This document shows, one piece after another, positions 51,901 to 61,600 of a DNA stretch of 64,000 bases. The stretch spans positions 449,355 through 513,354 of the forward strand of contig CBDEHK010000001.1 of NCBI GenBank assembly GCA_965238305.1, given 5' to 3'. This stretch comes from Alphaproteobacteria bacterium. GTDB taxonomy: Bacteria > Pseudomonadota > Alphaproteobacteria > GCA-2731375. Position numbers and translations under genes: made by a program. A model generated the notes under the pieces. The model was not told the DNA's origin. It worked only from the letters and a program-made list of their open reading frames with translations, and ran no database searches. Position 1 is the stretch's first letter, and each line of letters begins with the position of its first letter.

Positions 51901-52896
51901 ATGAAACGCATTGCAGTTATCGGCGGTGGTGCCTGGGGCACAGCGCTGGCCCAGGTCTGTCGGGCCAATGGCCGCGACACCGTGATCTGGGCCTTGGAAG
52001 ACGACGTTGTCGGGGCGATCAACCAGAGCCACGAAAACAAGGTTTATCTGCCGGGTGTGCCGCTTGATCCCGATTTGCGTGCGACCAGGGAACTGGGCGA
52101 AGCCGGCGACGCGGATCTGGTGCTGTTGGTGACGCCGGCGCAGCATTTGCGTAGTATTGCCAGACAACTCGCGGGGCAGGTGAAGGGCGGTGTGCCAATG
52201 GTGATCTGCTCCAAAGGGGTGGAGATCGGTAGTTTCGCCTTGATGAGCGAGGTGTTGGCGGAAATCCTGCCGGAAAACCCGCCGGCTATCCTGTCAGGGC
52301 CGACCTTTGCTCAAGAAGTAGCGTCCGGCCTGCCGACCGCCGTGACTTTGGCGGCAGCGGGCGAAAAAACCGGCGGCGCCATTGTTGAAGCCATCGGCCG
52401 GCCCACCTTCCGTCCTTATTTGAGCGATGACATTATTGGTGCCCAGATCGGCGGTGCCGTGAAAAATGTGATTGCGGTCGCCTGTGGCATCGTTGAAGGC
52501 AAGCGCCTGGGTGAAAATGCCCGCGCCGCGCTGATGACCCGAGGGCTGGCGGAGCTGGCGCGCTACGGGATCGCCCGTGGCGCCCGCATGGAAACCCTAA
52601 TGGGATTATCCGGCATCGGCGATCTGTCGCTGACCTGCAATAGTTTGCAGTCGCGCAACATGTCGTTTGGCGCCGAACTAGGGCAGGGGAAGACCGCGGC
52701 TGAGATTAAAGCGGCGCGCAATTCCGTCGCCGAAGGGGTCCATACCGCGGCGGCCGTGACGGCGGAGGCCACGGCCAAGAATATCGACATGCCGATCGCG
52801 GCGACGGTCGATCTAATCGCCAATCAGGGGGGCAATGTCGACGACGCCATTCAGGCCTTGCTCAGCCGCCCCTTCCAACCGGAATTCCGCGATTGA
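51901..52896 (+). CDS. gpsA: NAD(P)H-dependent glycerol-3-phosphate dehydrogenase
   Basis: MKRIAVIGGGAWGTALAQV Rossmann N-terminus; GpsA length. Confidence 0.9.
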   Translation: MKRIAVIGGGAWGTALAQVCRANGRDTVIWALEDDVVGAINQSHENKVYLPGVPLDPDLRATRELGEAGDADLVLLVTPAQHLRSIARQLAGQVKGGVPMVICSKGVEIGSFALMSEVLAEILPENPPAILSGPTFAQEVASGLPTAVTLAAAGEKTGGAIVEAIGRPTFRPYLSDDIIGAQIGGAVKNVIAVACGIVEGKRLGENARAALMTRGLAELARYGIARGARMETLMGLSGIGDLSLTCNSLQSRNMSFGAELGQGKTAAEIKAARNSVAEGVHTAAAVTAEATAKNIDMPIAATVDLIANQGGNVDDAIQALLSRPFQPEFRD

Positions 52897-52942
52897 GCAA
52901 AGACTTGCTATAATATCAAGATCGCCGCAGAATTTCCCCAGT

Positions 52943-53965
52943 ATGGATAGTCGCGCGGTAAAACAGCTGGCTTTGGATTTGGGTGCCGATTTGGTCGGTA
53001 TTGCCAGCGCCAAAATTTTGAACGCCTTTCCCCCCGATTTGCGGTTTCCGCAAACGCCGGAGCGGATTTCCCCCCATGTCAAAAGCGTTGTCGTGCTGGT
53101 GCAGCGGATACCGGTCGGTGCCTTCCGCTGCAAAAGCAACGTCCCGGTGCAATATATGGATATGCTGGTATTGCGAAAAATGGACCGGGTCGCCCACCGC
53201 CTGGCGGAAAAATTGGAACGCGCTGGGCATCCAAGCTTCGTGACGGCGGCGCAAGAGACCGACTGGAATTTCAAGAATGCCAGTTATGGCCATTTATCGA
53301 CCCGTCATCTGGGGGTTGAGGCGGGACTTGGCACCTTCGGTTTGGAAGTGAATATTCTGACCCCGGAATTTGGTCCCCGGCTTTATTTGACCGGGGTCTT
53401 GACGGAACTTGAACTGGACGCCGATGCGCCGATCAGCGAACAGGTCTGTATCGGGGAAAGCTGCAGCCGTTGTCTGCATTCCTGCCCCACTGACGCGGTC
53501 GGCCATTTTGCCATCGACAAGCGCGCCTGTGCCATGGAAGCGCAGGAATTCGGTTTCGCAACGATCCTGAAATACCTAAACCGGTTGATCGAGGCGCCGG
53601 ACGGCAAACATCAAGAGATGTTGAAATCCCGCGACGTCTTCGGTTTCTGGCAGGGCCTGTTGCGCGTTGTCGGCTCGTTCGGCGATTGCCCCAGATGTTT
53701 GGCGGTCTGCCCGGTTGGCAATGATTATCACGCACATCTAGCGAAGGTGCAGAAAGTCATCCCGGAACGCACGCCCGAAAAAGTGGCGAAGGGCAAATCT
53801 TTCAAAGAAGCGCGCCAGGAAGGTGGCGAAATTGCCGGCTTAGATAACTGGAATATCCGCTGGGTCGGCCCAGACGGCTATCAGGGCATGGTGGCGCGGC
53901 AATTACAGGCCTTCAAAGCCGAACAGCGCGAACGCGAAGTGGCGTATCAGAAGGAGGATGATTAA
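52943..53965 (+). CDS. QueG / reductive-dehalogenase-superfamily Fe-S protein, paralogue 1
   Basis: AGLGTFGLEVNILTPEFGPRLYLTGVLTELEL (QueG-like GLGxxGK...G..L.L.T motif region); Cys motifs CIGESCSRCLHSCP and CPRCLAVCPVGNDY. Confidence 0.6.
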   Translation: MDSRAVKQLALDLGADLVGIASAKILNAFPPDLRFPQTPERISPHVKSVVVLVQRIPVGAFRCKSNVPVQYMDMLVLRKMDRVAHRLAEKLERAGHPSFVTAAQETDWNFKNASYGHLSTRHLGVEAGLGTFGLEVNILTPEFGPRLYLTGVLTELELDADAPISEQVCIGESCSRCLHSCPTDAVGHFAIDKRACAMEAQEFGFATILKYLNRLIEAPDGKHQEMLKSRDVFGFWQGLLRVVGSFGDCPRCLAVCPVGNDYHAHLAKVQKVIPERTPEKVAKGKSFKEARQEGGEIAGLDNWNIRWVGPDGYQGMVARQLQAFKAEQREREVAYQKEDD

Positions 53966-53969
53966 GGTC

Positions 53970-54938
53970 ATGGTCGCGGCTTTTCAAGAACCGCTCACGC
54001 TTAGCGAGATCAAACAACAGGCCAAGGCGTTTGGTGCCGACCTGGTCGGCGTGGCGGCTGGCCAAGTGCTGGAAGAATACGCCGGGGAAGGGCGCAAACC
54101 GTCCGACATCACCGATCATGACGCCAGCCGGGTCATTGTTCTGGCCAAACGCTATAGCGCCGGCACCGCGCGCATCTTGGACTGGAACAATCGGCATAAA
54201 TATTACAATGACGAATTGACCCTGACAGCATTGGAAGAAACCTCCCTGGAACTGGTCTATTGGCTCGAGGATAAAGGTTATCCCGCCATTATCGTCCCGC
54301 CGACCCATGTTGATCCCTGGCGCTATTGGGGCGACCCGAACGCCCATCAAGAAACCCTGTTGTCGATGCCGCACGCGGCGGTGGAAGCGGGGCTGGGCAC
54401 CTTGGGCCTGAATTTACAACTGATCACGCCGGAATATGGGCCTCGCGTGATCCTGACCGTCGTCTTGTGTTCGGTCGACTGCGAAACCGACCAGCGGCAG
54501 GAAAAAGCGCTTTGTTTGGGTCCGGAATGTGGGCGTTGCCTTTTGGCCTGTCCGGGCGACGTGATTGGGCAATGGCAACGCGATTGGGAAGCGTGCGATG
54601 ATTATCGCGCGCCCCATGGTTTCAAACAACTGACCAGCCACATGACGGAAATTTTGGAAACGAGCGACGCGGAAGCCCGCAAGGACTTGGTCCGCTCCGA
54701 AACCAGTTTTAATCTGTGGCAAAGTATCTTGCGGGGCAGCGGTGTCATTACCGGCTGCCGGCGTTGTCAGGACGTCTGTCCTGTCGGCGCTGATTATGGC
54801 GGTTTGCAGGACGCATTGGATACTATTCCAGAGGCGACTGGTGATAAACAAAAGCGCCTTGAGGGATATAAATCGTCGCCGATCGCAGCTGGATACGAAG
54901 CGCAGAAACGTTGGATTGGGAAATTCGATGATGAATGA
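53970..54938 (+). CDS. QueG / reductive-dehalogenase-superfamily Fe-S protein, paralogue 2
   Basis: AGLGTLGLNLQLITPEYGPRVILTVVL; CLGPECGRCLLACP and CRRCQDVCPVGADY; AAGGAGG RBS 12 nt upstream; overlaps or abuts both neighbouring genes. Confidence 0.6.
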   Translation: MVAAFQEPLTLSEIKQQAKAFGADLVGVAAGQVLEEYAGEGRKPSDITDHDASRVIVLAKRYSAGTARILDWNNRHKYYNDELTLTALEETSLELVYWLEDKGYPAIIVPPTHVDPWRYWGDPNAHQETLLSMPHAAVEAGLGTLGLNLQLITPEYGPRVILTVVLCSVDCETDQRQEKALCLGPECGRCLLACPGDVIGQWQRDWEACDDYRAPHGFKQLTSHMTEILETSDAEARKDLVRSETSFNLWQSILRGSGVITGCRRCQDVCPVGADYGGLQDALDTIPEATGDKQKRLEGYKSSPIAAGYEAQKRWIGKFDDE

Positions 54939-56226
54939 GGCACCCCTGCCGACGCCAAAATCAAAGGCCGACATTGAAATACTGCAACGGATGCGTAAAA
55001 AGATCGCCGTTGAACGGGCCCGCCAAAGCCCCTTTTGGGCCGACAAACTGGCCAATATCAATAGCGACAAACTGGACGATCCCGAGGAATGGGGCAAAAT
55101 TCCGATCCTGCACAAAGAAGAACTGCGGGCCTTGAGCGCGGCAGAGTTCTATCGCGATTTCTGCCACGGCACAAAGTCGGATTATGCGGAATATTGGCGG
55201 TCCGGCGGCAGCACTGGCAAACCCTTATTCTATCCGCGAAGCAAGGAAGACTTGCGTTACAATATGCTGGGTTTCACCCGCACCTTTACCTGCATGGGGA
55301 TTGCGGCCGGGGCGGCGGCGCATCTTTCCTTCCCCCTTGGCATTCATCCGGCCGGCCATATGTGGGCCCGCGCCGGCGAAATCATGGGCCTGGCCATGGC
55401 TTGGGTCGGTGCCGGTAACTCCGCCCCGTCCGAAGCCCAGCTGCAATTGATCGAGATGCTGAAACCCGATCTATGGATGGGGATGTCGAGTTATGGGCTA
55501 CATCTGGCAAATCTGGCGGAAAGTCTGGATATCGACCTGACCGCATCCAGCGTCGAACGTATTCTCTGTACCGCCGAGCCTTTGTCGATGGCAAAACGGC
55601 AGAAGCTGCAACGGATGTGGGGCGCCGATGTATTCGATGCTTTCGGGATGACGGAAATTTCGATGATGGGGGCGGAAGCGGGCAGCGCCGGCGAATTACA
55701 TATCTGGACCGATCTGGCCCATATTGAAGTGGTCGATCCGGAAAGTCATCAACCGGTGGCGCCGGGAGCGCCCGGCGCTCTGGTCGTCACCTCGCTTTAC
55801 GGTAACAATTGCACCCCGTTCCTGCGCTGGTTCTCCGGCGATATCGTGGTCTATCAGGAAGAAGGCTCTAGCGACAGTCCGCTATCGGTCTTCCCGGTTC
55901 TACGCCACGCCCACCGCACCGCCGGGTTCTTCAAAGTCCGCGGTGTCAATATCAACCATGCGGAATTGGAAGATCTGATGTTTGACGACGCCGCGATCGG
56001 TGATTTCAAAGCCGCGGCAGTGAATGATGGCGGTCTGGACGATTTGCGCCTGTCCATTGAGATTGCCAAGGGGCAGCACCCCCAACAAGTGAGCGACTTG
56101 ATCGCGCAGAAAATAAAAGCAACTTTCGAAATTAGTCCTATTATCGAACAACTGCCGACCGGAACATTGGCGGCGGAATTTGAGAGCAGCGTCAAAGCGC
56201 CACGCTTTGCTGATTTGCGGGAATAA
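54928..56226 (+). CDS. Phenylacetate-CoA ligase (PaaK) / coenzyme F390 synthetase-family adenylate-forming enzyme
   Basis: SGGSTGKP P-loop-like AMP-binding motif (YWRSGGSTGKPLFYP), about 432 aa PaaK-like length; the start overlaps the upstream stop (ATGATGAATGA). Confidence 0.7.
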   Translation: MMNEAPLPTPKSKADIEILQRMRKKIAVERARQSPFWADKLANINSDKLDDPEEWGKIPILHKEELRALSAAEFYRDFCHGTKSDYAEYWRSGGSTGKPLFYPRSKEDLRYNMLGFTRTFTCMGIAAGAAAHLSFPLGIHPAGHMWARAGEIMGLAMAWVGAGNSAPSEAQLQLIEMLKPDLWMGMSSYGLHLANLAESLDIDLTASSVERILCTAEPLSMAKRQKLQRMWGADVFDAFGMTEISMMGAEAGSAGELHIWTDLAHIEVVDPESHQPVAPGAPGALVVTSLYGNNCTPFLRWFSGDIVVYQEEGSSDSPLSVFPVLRHAHRTAGFFKVRGVNINHAELEDLMFDDAAIGDFKAAAVNDGGLDDLRLSIEIAKGQHPQQVSDLIAQKIKATFEISPIIEQLPTGTLAAEFESSVKAPRFADLRE

Positions 56227-56237
56227 ATTAGGGGAAA

Positions 56238-56663
56238 TTGATTATGGAATATTGGCTGTTTAAATCGGAACCGGGCGCCTGGTCCTGGGAAGATCATCAA
56301 AAAGAGGGCAAAAAGGGCGCGGAATGGGATGGTGTCCGCAACTATCAGGCCAACAATTATATGAAAGCGATGAAAATCGGCGACAAAGCTTTCTTCTACC
56401 ATTCGGTGAATGAAAAACGCATCGTCGGCATCGTCGAGGTGATCAAAGAACATTACCCCGACCCTACAGATGCAAAGGGCCGCTTCGGCATGGTCGATCT
56501 GCGGGCCATCGAAACCGTGCCCAATCCGGTCACCCTGGAAGATATAAAAGCCGATGCGCGGTTCAAGGATTTGGCGTTGGTGAACAATACCCGCTTGTCG
56601 GTGCAGCCGGTGGACACAAAGTCCTGGAAAGCGATCTGCAAGATGGGCGGCGTCAAAGGGTAG
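56238..56663 (+). CDS. EVE-domain (PUA-like) protein
   Basis: MEYWLFKSEPGAWSWEDH...FFYHS..IVGIVEV; typical EVE/Thy28-like, about 140 aa. Confidence 0.75.
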   Translation: MIMEYWLFKSEPGAWSWEDHQKEGKKGAEWDGVRNYQANNYMKAMKIGDKAFFYHSVNEKRIVGIVEVIKEHYPDPTDAKGRFGMVDLRAIETVPNPVTLEDIKADARFKDLALVNNTRLSVQPVDTKSWKAICKMGGVKG

Positions 56664-56671
56664 CGGCGTTC

Positions 56672-57919
56672 GTGATAGCCAGAACTTTCCAATCGATGCT
56701 ACCACGCCCACTATTTTCCGCGGCGAATGAAGAACGATTTCAGACGGCGTGCCGGCAACGGTCGGTGGCGATATCGAAACGCGTGGTTTATTTCACGATG
56801 GTGAACCTTGTCCTTTTCACCGGTTGGGACGCCCTTATCGACGCCGAGCAGCTAATCATTACAATCCCTATTCGCATTGGCTGCATCGCTTATTTTGTTT
56901 TTCTTGCCGTGATGACAGGAAATCAGCGAGTCACCAGCAGCAATCGATTATGGTTATTGCTGGTTGCCTCAGCCAATGCGGCACTGACGCTCGATTTCGC
57001 GTTGATCTTAGCGGTGCTGCCGAACGGTGCGTTCATCGGTGTGCCGGGTCATATCATCGTTATTGTCACCATTCCGACCTTGATTTCCGGACTAAGGCCC
57101 GCGGCGGTCTGCCTTCTGCCCATGCTTATTCTGCCTAATCTTGTGATGTTGATCAGTGGCGAAGCGGCGGTCGTGGTGATCAATGCCAATATCTGGATTG
57201 TTAGTGCCGCGTCATTGACCTTGCTGGTCAGTTATTTTTTTGAACTGCTGGATCGACGCGCCTTTGCCCTGGAGCTGTCGGTCGAGGCCGAAAAAGAGCG
57301 CGCCGACGATCTGTTACGTAATATTCTACCGGTCAGCATTGCCGAGGAATTGAAAGAACATCACCGCACGGTGCCGCAAAATATTCCTGCCGCCTCCGTC
57401 CTGTTTGCCGACCTGGCCGGCTTCACCCGCTTGGCGCAAGACATGCCGGCGGAAAAACTTGTTGGTTTGTTGGATGAACTATTCACAAGCTTCGACCAAC
57501 TGTCACATAAATTAGGGGCGGAAAAAATCAAGACCATCGGCGATAGCTACATGGCGGCGACCGGCGTGCCGTCATCGCAAGAAGATCATGCCGAACGCGC
57601 GGTGAAGCTGGCCTTGGCGATGCAGGACGCGCAAAACGTCTTCAATGGTCGCCACGGCTTGAAACTCAAACTGCGCATCGGGATTAATTCGGGGTCGCTG
57701 GTCGCCGGCGTCATCGGGCAGCATAAATTCGCATACGACTTGTGGGGTGATACGGTCAATGTAGCGCAACGCATGGAGGCCCATGGCGTTGCCGGTGAAA
57801 TCCAAATCTCCGAACCAACCAAGACCTTGCTGCCGCCCGGCTATATTTTTCGCGCGCAAGGTTCGATCGACCTGAAAGGGCACGATCCGATCGATGCCTA
57901 TTTTGTCAATCGCGCGTAA
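56672..57919 (+). CDS. Membrane-anchored class III adenylate/guanylate cyclase
   Basis: N-terminal about 6 TM helices; cyclase domain FADLAGFTRLA...KTIGDSYMAATG...FAYDLWGDTVNVAQRMEAHG. Confidence 0.8.
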   Translation: MIARTFQSMLPRPLFSAANEERFQTACRQRSVAISKRVVYFTMVNLVLFTGWDALIDAEQLIITIPIRIGCIAYFVFLAVMTGNQRVTSSNRLWLLLVASANAALTLDFALILAVLPNGAFIGVPGHIIVIVTIPTLISGLRPAAVCLLPMLILPNLVMLISGEAAVVVINANIWIVSAASLTLLVSYFFELLDRRAFALELSVEAEKERADDLLRNILPVSIAEELKEHHRTVPQNIPAASVLFADLAGFTRLAQDMPAEKLVGLLDELFTSFDQLSHKLGAEKIKTIGDSYMAATGVPSSQEDHAERAVKLALAMQDAQNVFNGRHGLKLKLRIGINSGSLVAGVIGQHKFAYDLWGDTVNVAQRMEAHGVAGEIQISEPTKTLLPPGYIFRAQGSIDLKGHDPIDAYFVNRA

Positions 57920-57974
57920 TATTTTAAAAACGGTTTGTAACATGACAAAAACAAAATGGTGGGGAGACAGATTG

Positions 57975-58994
57975 ATGGAACGAGCGGACTGGTTAGCGCA
58001 GACAAGGGAAGAAATATTGGAGCCGGATTTGCCGATCTGCGATCCCCATCACCACCTTTGGGACTTTCCGAATTATCGTTATCTGCTAGATGAACTGCTG
58101 ACCGATACCAATAGCGGCCACAAAATCGTCAGCACGGTCTTTGTCGAATGCGGTGCTTTCTATCGTGCACAGGGCCCGGAGGACTTGGCGCCGGTTGGTG
58201 AAATTGAGGCGGTCAATGGTCAAGCGGCGATGGCGGCCAGCGGCCTCTATGGCGATACCAGGGCGTGTGCCGGTATTGTCGGTCATGCCAACCTGTTATT
58301 GGGCGACAAGGTACAGGACGTGTTGCAAGCACAAATTGCCGGCGGCGGCGCGCCCAGCCGCTTTCGCGGTATTCGCCATTCCGGCAGTTGGCATACGAGC
58401 GACGATATTCGCAATTCCCATTCAGGCGCGCCTGAACACATTTTCCTCGATGACACGTTCCGCCAGGGCTTTGCGCAGCTGGCGCCCCATAATCTCAGTT
58501 TTGAAGGTTGGCTCTATTTCAATCAAATTCCGGAACTGACCGAATTGGCGCGGGCGTTTCCGGAGACCACGATAATTTTCAATCACTTCGGCGGACCTTT
58601 AGGCATTGGCCCCTATGCCGGCAAGCGCGATGAGGTATTTGCGGCCTGGCGCGACAGTGTTGTCGAGCTGGCAAAATGCGAAAATGTTGTTGCCAAGCTG
58701 GGCGGCCTGGGCATGGCGATCTGCGGCTTTCAATTTCATAAACGTGACAGACCGCCAGGATCAGAAGAGCTGGCGCAGCATTGGGCACCTTACGTTCAAC
58801 ACGCCGTCGATTGTTTTGGCCCCGATCGCTGCATGTTCGAAAGCAACTTTCCGGTCGACAAAGTCTCCTGCAGTTATGCGGTTCTGTGGAACGCCTTCAA
58901 ACGCCTGGCCAGCGGCCATTCAGCGGGCGAAAAAACGGCGCTGTTCCACGATACTGCCAGCCGAATTTACCGGCTCGATTCGCAAGATAGTTAA
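57975..58994 (+). CDS. Amidohydrolase-2 family metal-dependent hydrolase (TIM barrel)
   Basis: ICDPHHHLWDF N-terminal metal-binding motif; start at MERADW after a GGGGAG RBS. Confidence 0.7.
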   Translation: MERADWLAQTREEILEPDLPICDPHHHLWDFPNYRYLLDELLTDTNSGHKIVSTVFVECGAFYRAQGPEDLAPVGEIEAVNGQAAMAASGLYGDTRACAGIVGHANLLLGDKVQDVLQAQIAGGGAPSRFRGIRHSGSWHTSDDIRNSHSGAPEHIFLDDTFRQGFAQLAPHNLSFEGWLYFNQIPELTELARAFPETTIIFNHFGGPLGIGPYAGKRDEVFAAWRDSVVELAKCENVVAKLGGLGMAICGFQFHKRDRPPGSEELAQHWAPYVQHAVDCFGPDRCMFESNFPVDKVSCSYAVLWNAFKRLASGHSAGEKTALFHDTASRIYRLDSQDS

Positions 58995-59113
58995 AATTGT
59001 TGATAAAATAAAATCGCATATTTCTTAACATTAAGGGAAAATTAAGTAGCAGCTGGCAATTCTGTTTGTGTTGAAACGTATTATCCAACAATTTATTACT
59101 AGGAACACATTTT

Positions 59114-59692
59114 ATGAAGAAACTCATAGCTGCTCTTTCAATGACCTCTGTCTTATTGATCGCGACCGCGGTTCACGCTGAAGGTGAACATGTTGCCCCG
59201 ATCAAGGCTTATATTGCCGAAAGCTTGAAAGCCGCCATGACCGAGACCGTCGTCGTCGAAGCGATCGTGGGGCAGAATACAGCCCATGCGAACCTCAACA
59301 ATGGCGACATTGACAAGCTGGACAAACAATGGCGGGCGGAGGTCGACGCCGGTAGTAAACCAATGATCGATGCTGTGACCAGCAACGCCCTTTCCGCCTA
59401 TTTGGTGGGAATGAAAGAGGCTGGCCAAGGTAAGATCACGGAAGTCTTCGTTATGGACAACAAAGGTTTGAATGTTGGCGTCAGTGACGTGACCTCCGAC
59501 TATTGGCAAGGCGATGAAGGGAAATTCAAAAAATCTTTCGGGGCCGGCGCCAGTGGTGTTTTTATTGACGACGTCGAAAAAGATGACTCAACTCAAAGTT
59601 TGCAGTCGCAAGCCAGTTTTACCATTGTCGATCCAGCTAGTGGTAAAGCCATTGGTGCCGTGACTTTCGGCATCAATGTTGACGAACTTTAA
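59114..59692 (+). CDS. Secreted/periplasmic protein, possible Cache/PAS-like ligand-binding module
   Basis: Signal peptide MKKLIAALSMTSVLLIATAVHA; about 170 aa mature alpha/beta-like domain; no confident family assignment. Confidence 0.4.
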   Translation: MKKLIAALSMTSVLLIATAVHAEGEHVAPIKAYIAESLKAAMTETVVVEAIVGQNTAHANLNNGDIDKLDKQWRAEVDAGSKPMIDAVTSNALSAYLVGMKEAGQGKITEVFVMDNKGLNVGVSDVTSDYWQGDEGKFKKSFGAGASGVFIDDVEKDDSTQSLQSQASFTIVDPASGKAIGAVTFGINVDEL

Positions 59693-59787
59693 ACCCGCAA
59701 TACCAACACATGTTGCCGAAAATCGGGCAAGCTTTGGCCTAGGCCTTGGCTTGCCCATTTTCCTTTCCCTTTAGAAAGCTCCTGCAA

Positions 59788-61482
59788 ATGTCTGTAGATA
59801 CCTCGCTAACCGAACAGAATTCGACCGAACCCGCTGAAAAGCAGAAAAAGTCACTCGGCCGAATTGTAGCGATCCAGATCGCCTTTGCGTTGTTGGTTGG
59901 TCTAATGGCCATGGCAGGTATTCTGTTGATGCAACAATCCCAGCAGTCGAAAGCGGCGGCCATGCGATCAGCGGCCGCCACCGCCGACCTGTTCGCTAAA
60001 CAAATTGCCGGGGCGGTGCGGTGGAAAAAAGTCGACTTGATTAAAACCTCTCTGGACGACCTAAGGGCGACACTGCCAACGAACGTCTCGAACGTTAATG
60101 TCTATGCGAAAGGCCAAAGCATCTTCTCTGGGGCGCCGGAAGAAGGGGGCGTGCCGGTATTCGACATCGACGGGCATGTCGCCAACAGCAGCGATTTATT
60201 GACGCGCGAAAAAGGAAACGTGATCGAAGTTGGTCGTTTCTATCTTGCCGTGCAGCCGATCCAAATGATCAAGAAGGGCAAAGCCATCAGGGTTGGCACG
60301 CTAGTTTTTGCCTGGAGCCATGCGGATGCCGACGCTGCCTTTCGCCAGGCGTTGACAGTCTCGGCCATTGTCACAGTGGTAACCACCGCCTTGATCGCGC
60401 TGCTGGTGGTATATTTGCTTCGACGCACCGCCTTGACCCCGATTAATCAGATCACCGAAACTATGCGCAGTTTGGCCAGAGGCAATCATGATGTCGACGT
60501 GCCCAACCAGGACCGGGTCGACGAAATTGGTGCCATGGCACGCGCCGTATTAGTCTTCAAGGAAGACCAAGCCCGTATCCAACAACTGGAAAAAGACCAA
60601 AAAGAGCAAGAAAAAGTTGCCCAGGAAAACAGCCAAAAAGAACGAACCCGTTTAGCCGATCAATTAGATGAGAAAGTCAAAGGCTCCGCCGCGACGATAG
60701 CGACGGCGGTGGACAAACTGCGTGAGGCCTCGCAGGTATTGGATCAGAACGCGGCGGTAACGTCAGAACGCAGCGACAATGTCGCGAAGACAATCGAGGA
60801 CGCCGCGGCGGCCGTTGAAGTTGTATCCGACGCCAGCGGGCAATTAGCCGAGGCCGTGTCCGAGATCGCGCAACAAGTCCGCCAAGCCCAGGATATCTCG
60901 GCGCAAGCTGTCGAGCAGGCCGAAGAAACCAATCGACGGATCGATAATCTGTCGGGTGCGGTGCAAAAAATTGGCGAAGTGGTTAATTTGATCAACGATA
61001 TTGCCGAGCAAACAAACTTGCTGGCGCTCAATGCCACCATCGAATCTGCACGTGCCGGTGAAGCCGGCAAGGGCTTTGCCGTGGTGGCCGGAGAAGTCAA
61101 AAGTCTGGCCAGCCAAACTTCCCGAGCGACGGATGAAATTGCTGCGCAAATAAACGAAGTGCGAAACGAAACCGAAGCGTCCGTCATCGCGATGCGCGGT
61201 ATCAACGATGTGATTGGCAATATCAATGAATTATCGGTGATGATTAGCGGCGCCGTTGAAGAACAAGGGGCGGCAACCCGGGAAATCGCTCAAAGCGCCG
61301 CCCGTGCCGCGAACAGCAACAACGAAATGCGCGAAAGCATTGGCGAAGTCGGCGAAATCGCTCAACGGACCGGCCACAGCGCCAGCGACGTACGCGACGT
61401 AACCGATGAATTAACCCAGGAAAGCGCCCAGCTTGCCGACGCCATCGAAAGCTTCCTACAGGTTATCCGCGCCGCCAAATAA
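59788..61482 (+). CDS. Methyl-accepting chemotaxis protein (two TM segments, periplasmic sensor, HAMP, MCP signalling domain)
   Basis: TM1 [25 protein letters not shown]2 [24 protein letters not shown]; conserved signalling hairpin [31 protein letters not shown]. Confidence 0.85.
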   Translation: MSVDTSLTEQNSTEPAEKQKKSLGRIVAIQIAFALLVGLMAMAGILLMQQSQQSKAAAMRSAAATADLFAKQIAGAVRWKKVDLIKTSLDDLRATLPTNVSNVNVYAKGQSIFSGAPEEGGVPVFDIDGHVANSSDLLTREKGNVIEVGRFYLAVQPIQMIKKGKAIRVGTLVFAWSHADADAAFRQALTVSAIVTVVTTALIALLVVYLLRRTALTPINQITETMRSLARGNHDVDVPNQDRVDEIGAMARAVLVFKEDQARIQQLEKDQKEQEKVAQENSQKERTRLADQLDEKVKGSAATIATAVDKLREASQVLDQNAAVTSERSDNVAKTIEDAAAAVEVVSDASGQLAEAVSEIAQQVRQAQDISAQAVEQAEETNRRIDNLSGAVQKIGEVVNLINDIAEQTNLLALNATIESARAGEAGKGFAVVAGEVKSLASQTSRATDEIAAQINEVRNETEASVIAMRGINDVIGNINELSVMISGAVEEQGAATREIAQSAARAANSNNEMRESIGEVGEIAQRTGHSASDVRDVTDELTQESAQLADAIESFLQVIRAAK

Positions 61483-61600
61483 TGTGCGGCGGTCTATAGC
61501 GCCATCCGCATGTACACGCGCGCGAATGGCGGGTCTTTGCCGCCACCGGGGGCTGGGCAATAACAATTGCGTTGATCAGTAATCTTGTCGAGGGCAGCGG

